Source of the DNA: Tubiluchus corallicola
Lineage: Eukaryota > Animalia > Priapulida
NCBI GenBank assembly: GCA_030141605.1
Contig: JAQGDQ010000132.1
Coordinates: 252,433-316,432 of the forward strand
DNA: 64,000 bases
Direction: 5' to 3'
This document shows positions 1 to 13,742 of the stretch, piece after piece. The position numbers and the translations under genes are program-made. Under the pieces are notes generated by a model that saw only the letters and a program-made list of their open reading frames with translations, was not told the DNA's origin and made no database searches. The number at the start of each line of letters is the position of its first letter. Within the stretch, counting starts at the first letter, position 1.

Positions 1-194
1 ATAAACATTTTTGCATTATTATATTTCGTTTTAGTAAACTTTACAGTTCATTTGGTGATTGAGAACGGATTATTTGCTTTTACATTATTTCTTATGGGAA
101 TAAATAATTCGGTACTCAACCAAATCAGTTTCCAAACACTTTTTAATAATGAATTATGGTCGAAAACAGAAGTATGACTGTACAAGGTTTTGAA

Positions 195-680
195 AATGGA
201 CAGTAGGCCTTCGCGCATTTTCTATTGTCGCTCCAAATCTCTGGAATGCTCCACCAAAAGAGATTTGTTCTTTAAATTCTGTCATAACCTTCAAAAAAGC
301 TGTCAAAATGCACTTGTTTCTTGAATATTTTACAAAATTGCTCTAGGTTATCCCTGCTTTACTGACTTGCACAGTAAATAATTCAGTACATTAACTTAAG
401 CTCTATATTTTTATTTGTGACCATGGCTTTCTATTTGACTTTCTATTATTAACCTATAAATTTTAAATTATAACTGTTTTTAACAATTTTTTTACTGTAA
501 ATTGTAACTGTGAGTTTTTATTCAGCATCATATGTACCTATTTCTTTTAAGTTCTAACTGCATAATTATTTTATTGCGATTCGTTGTGTGATTTTTTTTA
601 TTTCCTTTAATTTTATCGTAAAAAGCACTGAGACCTTTAGATGGAGTGCATTTTTAGGAATAAACTATTGTTATTATTAT
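195..680 (+). mobile_element. Decayed 3' end of an L2/CR1-group LINE
   Basis: Translates as GLRAFSIVAPNLWNA..KEI...FKKAVKMHLF, resembling the typical L2-group ORF2 C-terminus. It is followed by a 3' UTR ending in gtaaaaagcactgag...aataaac and a (TTA)n-like tail. Confidence 0.65.
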
Positions 681-939
681 AAGATTGATTTTCATTCTCA
701 TGGAAGTCAAAACTGGAATTAGAAGTTAACACAAAAAATTGTGTGTTCTCTGGAAGTAAACTATATTATGGTTATTACTATTTTTTCATTCAGTACTCAC
801 CAAAACCGACAATATCTCCTTTACAAGTTCATTTTTGAGCATACTACACTTACACGTGATGTAGTTAACAGTTACTAACAGTTACTAAAAATGTTGCTAG
901 TTATTGGAATATTGTTTACCGAGTGTATTATACTTTCAG

Positions 940-3809
940 AGTTTGCCCAGGACAGTATTTACAACAAGGTATGGGAGAAAGGTCTTAGTCAAGCATGGTA
1001 TTGGCTGAAAGAGCGACGACGGGCCAGCTGTGTAGCTCTTAATGCATTTACAACATACGTCTCTGTGCCATGTAATACAATAATAGAAGGTAAGGCGAGC
1101 ACCATCACATTTCGGTGTTGTAGGTTTCAAATTCTCTCCGTTTTCAAAGTTATACATCAAAACTCAAATCGTAAATCTGTTATGCCTTTTACATGAAAAT
1201 AGCACAGGATGAATTCAGTCACTAAACGATTACCTACACGTTCGTCCACAGCCAGCTAGCTCTTGCAGCGGTTGAGATCACTGCCTAGCTGTCCCATTAT
1301 GTACCGAGGGTGACCATCAGGCCCGCAGTAGAAAATTTCCGCAGAATATTTTCATGTTAAAAATTAAGTTTGCTCATTTTTCCTTCATATCCCATTGCTT
1401 CATGTTTTTTGTGCGACACTGTTAACATGTTTTTCGATACCAATTTCTTCCAGCCAGCCAACCACTTCAGCTAACAGTTTTTTGTTCCTTTGTCTTAATA
1501 ATTATATAATAATTTATTGAATATTTTTAATGTATTTTACTCAACGATCAAATTCAGTCTTCTACTATCTAAAACATTAACTGTAACAGATCTTGCAAAA
1601 TTATTCAAAAAAAAAATTTACTTGCTTGTTTTCCCACTGCTAACCTGATTGAACATTTATGGCGATTTAACGTGCTTTGGCAATGTTTGCAGCATTTTAA
1701 GTAATGCCGAGCAAAATTATTAGCGCCAATCTGTCCTAATGAATATTCTGGTTGCCTAACGCATGTGACGCTAACCTGTTTAACACCTACTAGAATGGGG
1801 CAAACCTGTAAAGAAGTCGACTTGCCGTGATCATTGTTAATTAGGTGTTGCATATTTTTGCACAATAGGAAACAATAAGGTTTGCATACCGGTGAGTTTT
1901 CATGTAAGAGCCATAGGCAAACAACACATGTCAGTAAATCATCAGTAGTCAGCACATTCAGACTAATAGCAAAAGGTAGTCATTATTCTCATGCTAGAAT
2001 TAACTTCTGGTTTTGCTGTAATCGTTTGATGAACACGGAAACTGATGTACACGTGTTTTTTAAGAGAACTCCGAAAAAGCCACTGTCAAAAATATCAATT
2101 GTTAAGCTTAATACTGGCTCTGGCATTTTCATCTGCCATGCTGATTACCTGGTTTTGGAGGATGTACACAATCATAAACGATGTTTGGTCACCTTTCCAG
2201 CTAAATATGTCATTTGAGTTTGTCATCTTTAATAATTAAAATCCATGTAATCTTTTCGCAAATATCGATATTTAGTAGGCGAGCTGTCATAGATTAAAAA
2301 TGGAAATGTCATAATGTTACTGTCAAATGTTGAGTTCGGAAACCTACTTGCAAAAAAATTCAGTGCAACATTTATGAAATATCCATTTTTCTGTACATCT
2401 GTTTTGGATTCTTAAAATGGAATAAGAAGTTTATTTTAAATTATGTGATTTTGTCAAATTTAATTTATAATAGTTAAATGAAAAGAAGTTATAATAAATA
2501 GAGTTAATTAAATTTATTAGAAAGATGAAAAAAGCATTCTTTTGAAAGATAAGTGATAAGAATAACTTATCAATTTTTTGATCTCTTAATTATATGCAGA
2601 AGCCTCTGCGTCATTTGGAATATTGTTCATCACAGACAATTCGGTAGAATGAACTTGTTTCTACATATCTTAGTTGTCAAAACAATCGCAAAACTCGTTA
2701 TTTTTAACTCAGTTTATTGCTGAATTTGGCATATTTTAGGCAAGCAGTTAATGCATAATCCATTGTATTAGCCCTGCTTATTTTGGACGCAGAAATATTG
2801 TCAATAAAAGGATTGTTAGGTGCATGATTTCTCAGCTGTCCCACTAGTATAGGTGTAAAACAATCAGAAAACGAATCAATGAATAGAACAGGGTATTTAT
2901 GCATATGGCATGTGTAAATTACCTTATTTCCTGAGATTTTGTCTGTCTGTAATTCAGTGATTCTGTCCTTTTAATAAAATGGCAAAGCGGGAAATTCTTA
3001 CTGCGATATTATTGCTTGGACTCCCACTGTTGGTTTCAGTAGGCCTTGGCAGACTATCGCAAATAAATGCAGACAGTGTTTTTATACACGCATGTGAGTG
3101 TGTAATCTTTGCGTATCGAATTTCATTGCGAATTGCTTAATTATGATAACTGGGCGGTTCCTTGAGCTGCGCTGCAGTGGGTGTGTAACTGTCATTAATG
3201 TTGGGCATTTTCTAAATAGTCATTGATTAATCATTCTAAAGCAAACTATGTAACATTTGGCCATGAAGCAGGCTCCCGTTTCAATAAATAGCTACACACA
3301 AGCACACAGTACATTCACCAAGAAATGAATGCACAAATGTGCATCTACACAGAATTTGGTTTAGCGTGTACCTTGGACAGTTTCTTTGGCCCCTAGCAAT
3401 CCAAATTACTCGGAGTCTACTATTCTGAAATTTTGAGCAGAACATTCCTAAAATGGTAATGCAGTTTTTTCTTTGCACTAGATGTAATTACCTGACTTTA
3501 CAGAAAACTAAAATGATTCTAAAATGTACTCAGTGTAGATTGTAACATCCACTATGTTACACATGTTCTGTTTTGTAACTGTTTGTATCAGATTATTTGC
3601 TCTGCAATTATTGCTCATTAATTTAAAAAAATAAAATATCATTTCAGAAAGATGAGGCTGTAGTGTTTTATATTTTTTTAGATGATTCAAATTACGATTA
3701 AAATCAAAGATTTATTGATTTAAATCACTTGTCGCGTAATGTACTCATTGACGTTTGCTTTTTTTCAGATTTGTTAGAAATAAAGCAGCAGCCCGTGCTG
3801 ACATTTTAG
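940..3809 (+). CDS. Last two coding exons of an unidentified upstream gene (partial)
   Basis: Exon 940-1089 (tttcag|...|gtaagg) reads EFAQDSIYNKVWEKGLSQAWYWLKERRRASCVALNAFTTYVSVPCNTIIE. It joins in phase to exon 3769-3809 (tttttcag|) reading DLLEIKQQPVLTF*. An AT-rich UTR-like region follows, with AATAAA near 4648. I do not recognise the family. Confidence 0.5.
1306..3057. mobile_element. Putative decayed non-autonomous DNA transposon inside an intron
   Basis: Subterminal inverted match: gcagtagaaaatttccgc (~1325) versus gcgggaaattcttactgc (~2987). The degenerate ends are agggtgacca... and ...tggcagact. Confidence 0.4.
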
Positions 3810-6800
3810 TCTGGCTTGTGGTCAACATTCTTCACTACAAACAAGAGAGCAGCCAATATTTTACTCTGGATCATCATGTCCCAAAACAGCTGCTTGTTGT
3901 TTAATTTCCCCCCTTCTCCAAAGCTGAGTGTCTCTCTGAAAACTCAGGAAAGTACTGGAAGGATAGATGTTAATTGCATAAAAATGACTTAGAGCACATT
4001 ATAAAATGATTGTATATAGATACTATAGACTGAATTAAACTGAATTTCTCTGAAATTTCGTAACTTTTAAATCCGCCCACCTCGCACCCGTCTCTTAGTC
4101 AATTTCCTGAATCTTGACTTGGCTTGAGTAGGTAGTTTTGAAATTATAAGAAAAATTGTACAAAAAGTTTCCGTTTTTTGATACGTAAAGGCCATACACT
4201 TAAGTGTCATTTTATCTCCCTGAGAATGTTGTTTTTAATTAGACTGAATTATGCCATGCTACAGACTAGCTTCTTAGGTATGGCGCCAATGTACTTTATT
4301 TTTTATCCCATAAAGACTGATATTATCAGTGCTGCATTATTTTGTTTTGCACACAGTCTGCTCATCTCTTGCTTTGTTTATTGCCAAATATTATGCACTG
4401 CAATACTACAATTGTTTTTAGCCACATTTTAAAATTTAACTTGCCTTAGTTTTGTACATGATAAATATTTATCCAGAATTCTTTTATGCGAACTTGCCTG
4501 TCATCATTGTATGTATATGAGCGATAACTGAGTATTGTTTGTTTTTGACTCAAAATACACACGTCAAAATTGACCAAAGATACTAAACATTGTTCTATAT
4601 ACAAAAACAAAACGCTGTTGATTTTTACCGTGACATTGATGTCGTGATAATAAAGCTTGTTGCCTGTATGTATTAATTTAAGAAGTATGCTTATTGTCTA
4701 GTCATTAATTAATATTTATATTTCATTGTACATAATATATATGTATTTTATGTATTTACAGTGAATCATATTATTTATGTATTACTTCATTTTATATTTC
4801 TGCTGGCTGTGCTATATTGTACGTAGTTAGTTTGTGTGGTATTTTGCGACTTTGTGATAACACCATGATGAAGTTACTAAAATGTACTAATCTGTCACTC
4901 ATTTCAACAGATACAAAAATTGTATTATTTTCTCATAACTCTTATTGCTACTTGTAGTATTTAATTGTGTTCAGGCAAATCTAAACTACTCTGCTCGTTT
5001 CATAATATAAATTACAAAATACATAGTAATATAAATTTTCAGGTAGTGCTGTGCTGATATAAAAATATATAAATTAAAAAATAAGAATTTAGTTTCTTAA
5101 AATCATGAGAAGTGCACGTATTATGCAAAATGTGTTTATCACGTTACCAATATAAACTGGTTTTCATAACAGAAGGCCTTTGGTGTATGTTGTTTAAACC
5201 GTCAGAGAGACAATTTGCAAAACAAAAGTGCTTTAATAAGTTGCGCTGCAGAAAGTTATATTTATTGATTTGTATTTTACATTTTTAATGGTAATCAAAT
5301 GCATCTTCTTGCTTTCTTTCTATTAAAAGCTTGTCCCAATCTATTTTATAGTTTTTTTTTCGTTCGCTTAAGCCTTCGCATTTTTCTGCAAGCAAAATGT
5401 ATATTTATTGTAAATAAATGTCTTCCAAAGAGACGTGTTGACAATGTGCTTTGTTTGTATTTCTATGACTATGTGGAGTTAACTGAGTTTTTCTCGTGTT
5501 CTTTCAAGATGTGCAATCTAGTAAGCCTTTTCACAGTTCCAGCGATTGATGATGATCGTGAAAAGATCAGGGTTAAGTGTACCAGACAACGCATTTGTGT
5601 ACACTACAAAGCCTCGCAGCCGAAGCTATTGTAAATGTAACAGTGTTAACAGCTAGCTAGAACCTTACCTAGTTAATTTTTTCTGATTCCCAAGCAAGAT
5701 CCTGCTAGTAAATCACTCTATGCACAGACTAATGTATAATAGGTAAAGTCCACGTAAAACAACTGAAGTTACGGAACTAATACGGTAGACGGCTTTGTTT
5801 TACCCACTGGTCACGTGATGATTGTAGTTAACACACAATGCTGTGGTACAGTTAACCTTTGACCTAAGCAACTGCACGTGTGAACAACTTGTCATGTTAG
5901 CACGATATGATACCAAAGAATAATAAATATAACACACGGTTAATACAACGAATTACTATAATTATCAATATTCACAAAGTGATTATAAATGTAGAATAAC
6001 TGTTTACAATAATAAATTTTATAGTTAAGCAGCATCGAGGCAATTTTACAGTCACCTGAAGAAATGCTACAATTTCAAGATAATTAACATCTGCATACAT
6101 GCAAAGTTTTTATCTTATCTAGTCATGCCTTCCCCAAATAGCCAAGCTGACTAGAGTTGGACAGACTATTGATTAAAGTTGATAGCGAAATGCCAATATT
6201 ATTGATTTATTATTGTGACACATGCTTAATTGTAGTTTTAAAGTGATCATGCCAGGCGTGTCAACTAAAGCTGAAAAAATGCGAGCATGTTTTTTGCGAA
6301 AATTCCCATGTCACAAAGAATTCTTCATTCCAATGGCTGCCTAAGCACTTCCGAATTACCTTTTCAATACCAACCATGAACCCTAACCAATTCCTCTAAG
6401 AACTTTTGCAAAGCAGTTGTCTAACCAACCTGCCCTACCCTTGCGTATTTATATTTTAACATTATGGTACTATAACTGACTAGGTTTGGAACAGAGCTGA
6501 TTCAATATAAGTTTTTCGTTAAAACTCACAAAACTTAGTGCACTGTTACAAAAACTAAGAATGATGTTTAAAAATATCTACAGAATTTACAAAGTGATTG
6601 AAAATGGTATAAGAAATCATATATATTGTACATAGTTCTTAATTTAAACCATTGGATTTTGCACAAATTATCCGTTTCATTAAAATATTTATTTGAAAAA
6701 CTAATGATATAAATCGGTATAGTATATCATTATTTCTTGTTCACTTAGTGAAGTAAATAGTTTCTGCAAAATGAAATGGTTTAAATTTTAAACAAGAATT

Positions 6801-8387
6801 TCAAAACAAGCATGCCTTGGTAAAAAAACAAATTACGCTTAAATTTTATGATAGCAGTATGTCGTTCTGCTCCAGAAACATAGAGATAAGTAATTTTACT
6901 TAAGAAACATGGGAAGAAAGGTAAAATTCATTCTTTCAACTGAAAGCGATTATTAATTATAGTTCATATTATCCTGACAACCTCAGTGTTAGATAATTTC
7001 AATAAGTGCATATGCAAAAAATCTATATACTAGCCATGCATTTATGGACCATAGGCAATATTGATCTAATGTGAGAAAAGTACAGTTTGGAAGGATTGGT
7101 GCTGGTGCTGCCCGGCAGCAAATTAGTCAATCGAGCTCTATCTAGTAGCTGCCCAAATACAGTGCGGAATTATTAGTGTACATAGGTTATACTATACTTT
7201 TGCAGTGTAAGGAGTCAACTTATTTCTAATTGTATGAAGCCAATCAAAAGCAAAATTTTGGTCAAATACCAGTGGCACAGCAGGCCTCTGTAGCATAGAT
7301 CAAGGTGCAAAAACACAAAAGTGAACAGCTACTTACAATAATGATTAAAATATACCCTCGAGAGGAAATAAATTTACGTTTATTAAATTTTTGATACCAA
7401 CCACCAAACCAAAGAAAAAAATAAAATGTGAAAAAGGTCAGAGATGAATTACGAACCAGGGAACTTTGAATTACAAGCCCAAAAAATGAGCAAGTTCAAC
7501 ATCAATTCCAGGACTACTTCATTTAAAAGCAACTGGAAAAAATATCTTTAATCTAGTATGAATTTGAAGTCCACAGTACGAATTTGCAGTCTATAATGCT
7601 ATATTGTTGATAAGTAGCATTATTAATGAGAAGGAAAAAGAGTAATAGTTTAGCTGTATGTCATACAAATTTCACTTGACAAAATACTATCTTACAAGCC
7701 ATACAGCCTAGTTTTGAAAAATTAAGTGTTATTGCCTAACAGTAACGGATATGAAATTTAAGTGTAATTTCATGTGCTATGAATCATGCGATACAGCATT
7801 CATTGAGCCAATGTACAATAACTATTGAACTTAGTTTAGAAATAAGCGAGTAAATTGCTTAACACATAAAACCCCCAATAATTATAGTCCTCATTATAAA
7901 AAATGTTTTTATTATGTCCCTGAAGAGACAACTGACGTAATCATTGAGATGCTACAGGTATTTCTATACATAACACAGCATATGTGTATAAATGGGCAGA
8001 AATCATGGGGTACTTGAATCAACCCGAGTGACCCGACGGTGCATATTTCTACAGAAAACTAGGTGAAAAAATAATATAACTTTTTCCTCGCTAGTATTTT
8101 ATGCTATTTTGATTTGTACAGACCGCGTAGCTGAGTTGAACAGTTGAACTGCAGTCGCGAAGTGCCATAAAAACACTACCATAACAATCAATGTACATGC
8201 AGTATATACTGGTGAGAGCTAGGCTGATCTAGCCTAGCTGCCACTCGCTCTTCATCCGAGAACAAGCTTTATAATTCAGTCTGTCCAAGTTCAGACATAA
8301 AACAGCAAAGTCGTCATGTCGAATAATTAGCTCAGCTGCCCTCTATTTACAGTGCACAACACGGTTACTATGAAAACAGGTAAGATA

Positions 8388-11300
8388 TCACTTGAGACAA
8401 CGATCGAAGTATACTGCACCTATATATCCACCGCGCATGGATTTCTGAACATTCTGTTCAAACAAGCGACGATTACTCTGTAGCACTTCAGCTGCTTCCT
8501 TATTTAGAGGGTCTTCAGGGTTCGGTTCCTGGAATGTATGATATAAAACAATAGACAATTCATCATTTTTGTGTATTGCATATGAACTGGTGCAATTTTC
8601 GCATCAGTCAATTAATAAAAGTTAGAGTGTAAAAAGTGCCGGGTGACTGTTTAGTCCAGCAAAAGCAGGATATACAAATAGGCTTACCATTCTTATAAAT
8701 ATTTCAAACGCAGCCGAGTGGTCATGGCATGTGCTTAGCACCCGAGAAGATGAACAGTGAACAGTGAACAGATCAGTGAACAACAACACTCTGAGCAATT
8801 TGACTGGTCATACCGGTTCTGGCTGTTCACCTTGCTGATGGAGGATGCATTCAGGAGTATGGCTAAGACACATCTGTCAGTAGAGTTTTATCTTAGGGAT
8901 CAACCTTAATGATGAATTAAATTCAGGTTTCACCAAACCTACCCGGATTAAGTAGGGCCTGCCACTGAGACCTGGATCATAGTTTCAGGGTACTGAACCG
9001 CAAAATAGGTAATCTTGATTCTGAAATGCACATTTTCTAGAAGAAGACAAGCAAATTATACTGTTCTAATGTTACGTAGATATAAAGCTTATCTTTGAAA
9101 GTTTCTATGAAGTGACTTGTGTAGGTCAGCTTTACGGGTCACTTTGCATTTGTAGGTCAACTTTACCTATTATTTACAGGCACTATAACTATGATGCCAT
9201 AGATACAATTATAAAAGCGAAACAAAACTGGTTTGGAAATTCTGCATTTGGTGGTTAAAAAACCTTGAAAAGATGACAGACAAGTTGGAAGCATTCTGAC
9301 AATATTGGGCACCTAAACCGAGTATCCAGAATGTAACTTTATCCAACTCAAATTATTAAACAGTAATTCTTAAAAGAGCAAATTGTAATTAGTAACTTGT
9401 AAAACAGCAAATTGTAAATACTAACAAAAAGCCGGTTAAAATAAATGTTAATATTGCAAATTGCACATACCAGAAACAGATACTGTAAGCCATAAACTAT
9501 AGAGTTAACAGTCAACACTGGCTTCCAATCTTCCCTGTTAAATCAAAAATCAGTAACTTTAAAGCACAAGAAAACACTATTCATTCATAAAGTTAAAAAA
9601 TTTGCCTAGAAATTTCATAATACATTCAAACTGCAAACTGTTTTACTGCGTGCAGAACTTGTATTACTAGCTACACTATACAAAACATGAACATTTAAAT
9701 CCCCACAATGACCGTAAGGCACAGCCATTTTAACGGCAAGTACTTTAAAATAAGTTTAGATAACATTGCATAAAGTTCGAAAAATAATCAGAGCCATTCG
9801 TAGTGCACATTTCACCAACAAAGCAAAGTATAAATTACCTTATCTTATTAATAACTACCTACCTTCAAACATACTTCCTACCTACTTATCTTATTAATAA
9901 CTACCTTCAAACCTAGACTCTAGGAGACGAAGTTTAAGTTTGGTGGCTGCTGTTGCACACGATGATAACAGTTTTTGTTAAAAAAAGCATTTTAATAAAG
10001 CAATATTTTCCAACAAACTACAATTGCTCTGGCTAGTGACATATAAGTACCATATTCCAACATAGATACTGCAAAATATGAAGCTCACCTTTGTGCACAG
10101 TGTGCACCTACTAAGTTCATTTGCATACTCTCAACAAATTCAACAGAAGGAATGCAAAATGGTTGGTTTTTTTATTCCAAAACTGGTTTAGGGTTAGGGG
10201 CAATAATCTTATGCCTTTTCTCAGCAAAAGAGGTAACACCAAACTGCCGTAAAATATTTTAATTCTCCGATCGTAAAACAGCATGAGCTGATGTTTCGAT
10301 AATATAAGTAACAAAGTGACAGTTTATTTTCTAAAATTAGCTTACCTTAGAATATTGAGACACACATTTCCTTCAAGGTCAATATTAGGATGATAGATTA
10401 ATGTCTCGCATTTGACTTTAGGTGGTTCATGTGGATATCCCTGGCCGACTTTGAAACTGAACGAAAACCGTCCATTTCTGTAGAATCCCTGTAAAATCAA
10501 TTAAACAGTTTCACTAATAAGCACATCTACACGTTTCTAAATTAATTTCTGACAGAAAGCAAATTTATACAGGCCTTTCTTAAAGGGGCCTAACCAGCTG
10601 ATTAATTACACGGTTACGTTAATTTGTAAGAAGACTGTGCTGATTGTATATTTTATCAGAATTATTTTGTTTCTATTGGTATAATTGGCTTATAGGTTAG
10701 GCTCATTAAATTTTTTTTACTATCATTATTATGTTTTATTACTAATCGCGTAGATAATCTTGGCTGGTAACTCTGTTTTATGAAATACTTACATAAACTT
10801 ACGTAAAGTATGTTCGAAATAAAATGACGCTACTAAAAATAATAAAAATATTCTCAAGCCTAAAATCAAATTAGTGAATATTTAAAAGTTGAAGAATAGC
10901 TGGAAAAATAAGTCACCCGGAACAGCATTTCCTGTGAACATTGTTGTTAATTTCTAAATATGTCATAATAATAAGCTTGCTGCCTTTGAATTTGAAACTA
11001 CTTTTGATTTTTGTCCTTTTTATCTATAACGGCTGTAACAGTAACCAGCCGCTATAGACAAAATGTAACTATAGAGTAACAGTAACCACTGCAACTATAA
11101 ACTTTTGACCTATAGGAACTGTTTGGAAAATAACTGATTAATCAGTCACATTCATTGAGCAGACAGCAGATGGAAGTCATAAGATTAGAGCATGGCTTAG
11201 AGCAGGGGTGACCACACATTTTTGCGAGCTATGACCAAGTCAAAATAACCTACTCATTACAAAAATGTAAAACATGTATTTACTTATGAATATATAATGA

Positions 11301-13593
11301 GTATTCTTTATATGTACAATCTCAGTTGGTGTACCTTGCATAACTGCATAAGCCCTTATTGCACAATACAATACTCGTGGCCCAGCTCCCCCATTTTTAT
11401 GCCCTTTCTCAAGTTTAGTAGAAATAAATTACAGGCTAACTTGTTAACTTGCATGAATTTTACAGTAGCTGCTTGGAGCATCAAGAAGATGACTGGCCCG
11501 ATTTGTCAGCCCGCTAATAAAGTGCATGCGATTTTCCCACACTATCTTGGCTATTGACCGGTAGATCACGACTGACGTAATGGACACCCCTGGTTTAGGG
11601 CAATAAGAACAACCCTCAGTTAATTCCCTCAAGGTCCGCCACAAGAGTATCGACCAGCTCTGAAGCTCTGACATGGCCAGTAGTGGTGTAACATGAACTT
11701 TTTTGCAAGCAAATATTAAACAGCTCATAACATTTGAGATAACAAGCTACAGACATGTACTAAGGATTAGCCAGATCAACCACAAAAACAATGAGTCAGT
11801 CCTGGAGATGAAGAGAGAGGTGACAGTTTCTATCAACTGTCAGAAAACGGAAACTACAGAACTTTGGACATGTCATCAGGGTCTAGAACTTCAGTACTCA
11901 CATCCTCGAGGGTGGAATCAGCGGGAAGCAGCTGAGATGACGACAAAGAAAACCCCGGATGAATGACATCACGGACTGGATGTGGAGAATGTTAGGGCAG
12001 TATGCGGGATATCGCGAGAGAGAAAAGTCAATGGACAGTACTAATGCTTGCATACATGGTTCGCGGCCGACTCTTGGACTGGCGACGTGAGGACGCAAAG
12101 CAAGGCAAGGCAGTCACATTTCACAGAAAAAATTGCCGTATTTAAACCATGTATCATAAAAAAGCTGAACGGGAAATGAGTCACATATCAGGTACACTGA
12201 TAATGCACAAACCTCTTGGTGTTTACACAGACACATGACTCATTGTGCACTAGACTAGACCACTGATGTGTTAACAGTACAATGTTTAATAAAAAAACTA
12301 CAGACTTAATGATTAACTCGTTTTTTTTGTATGTGTGTTTCACTGCGATTGGCAAGAGCGGTAGCAATTTAAATTAAAAATTGGCGATTCGCAATTTTTT
12401 ATGGTGGCTAAGAAAAAAAGACCTTCATTCCTCTTACAATGGTTTTATAACATTAATACAAACTAAAGTCTGAAATTTCAAGTCTAGGACAAATTAGATA
12501 ATGTTAAGTAACTGTACAGTTTTGCATTTTAAACAATAATACGTTTGCTGAACTTGAGTGTGGAATATCTGAACATTGCATTTATAATAAGTAGTATGAG
12601 CTTTTGCAAGTGTCATTATTGTTCGAAAAATCACTTTCATTAAAAGCCTTACAAAAATTACGATGAAACAAACATTATTCTACCCAGTATCCATTTTACT
12701 ACAGACCTATGTGCTATGGACTTAGAGGAAACACACTAGGCTACTTTAACATAGTCCTGCCTTCCTAACCAGCTTCAGAGATCACTGATTAATGCGGAAT
12801 GTGAAGATTCAATATTGTCACACACTAATACCTCTCTGTGACCATCACTCTATATTGATACTTCGGGTTAAACTGTTTTACGGAGTGGAATTAAAATAAA
12901 TCAATATGTGCGTATATAAATCTGGATAATTATAACAACAAATAAGCTATTATTAGGCGTCTATGGAATGCTTGTCAATTTCACAGTTGTTAATATTGCC
13001 AAGGTCGCTGTGCAACTGTAAGTCATCTTACAAGAAACACTAATTGCAATGTTTAGTGTGTTAGCAAAGTTCCACTGCTCTTGAAACCTGCTAAATTACC
13101 TCATCAGGACAAATAATTAGTTTGAAGTTCAAAAGGTCATCTGCATCTGGAAAATCTACTTGACATGTTTTTGGCAAGTTTAGCTCATTTATATCTGAAA
13201 CAAAGAAACAATAACAACTAGTCAAATCAACAATACAAATTCAAATAACATACAAAATTAGAAATAGGTTCTAATGTTACTGCTGTACAGAACAGCTGTT
13301 TCAACACAAAGAAATTTTGAAAGTATACACTTTTTTTTACAAAACGATAACAACTTTCAAAATATCACTTATTTACCAATTTCGACAAAATATTATTTCT
13401 TTTAACGTTTTCACGAAAATTCATCTTCACTCTTACGAATATGACCATTTTTTGACAAGACAAAATATTGCGACATTCCAATTTTACCTTTCTGTATTCG
13501 CAGTTGAGCAGCTGACTGTCTTTTCCGAGTTCCCGATTTCTCGGCCGGTTCACCATCCTTCTTCTGTTGTTTTAAAGAAAAGAGCTTTATCAT
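8388..13593 (-). CDS. UBE2M: NEDD8-conjugating enzyme Ubc12
   Basis: Exons 13593-13488, 13194-13100, 10488-10346, 9534-9471 and 8528-8388, all GT-AG, give 549 nt = 182 aa. Translation: [12 protein letters not shown]...[20 protein letters not shown]...[24 protein letters not shown]...[16 protein letters not shown]...YFDRCLK*. It has the diagnostic Ubc12 N-terminus, the HPN motif and the catalytic Cys. Confidence 0.97.
11203..11592. mobile_element. hAT (Charlie-like) MITE
   Basis: TIRs caggggtgacca...tggacacccctg, flanked by a degenerate 8-bp TSD (gcttagag / gtttaggg, 6 of 8 matching). Confidence 0.7.
11600..12112 (+). mobile_element. RTE-clade LINE 3' fragment
   Basis: Translates [26 protein letters not shown], resembling the RTE post-RT motif, then a frameshifted FGHVIR-like segment. 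It ends in a short (aaggc)n tail. Confidence 0.7.
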
Positions 13594-13728
13594 GACTTAG
13601 ATTATAGCTTACACAGACAAGACAACAAATGTCAACTCAATGTAAGCATTGAAAACATAAAATTATACTCAATAAAAAGGCCAAATGATGTTTCTGCAAC
13701 AAGCTTCCAGAACGGATGTAGTATTGTT

Positions 13729-13742
13729 TCGCCATCTAGCGG
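13729..13742 (-). promoter_or_regulatory. CTCF-like motif in the UBE2M promoter
   Basis: The minus strand reads CCGCTAGATGGCGA, a close match to the CTCF core, about 140 bp upstream of the UBE2M ATG. Confidence 0.5.

Noticed and set aside
2045-2239. ORF with a TM-like stretch as an additional exon of the upstream gene
   Set aside because: There is no convincing donor, it lies inside a putative decayed transposon, and exons 940-1089 and 3769-3809 already join in phase.
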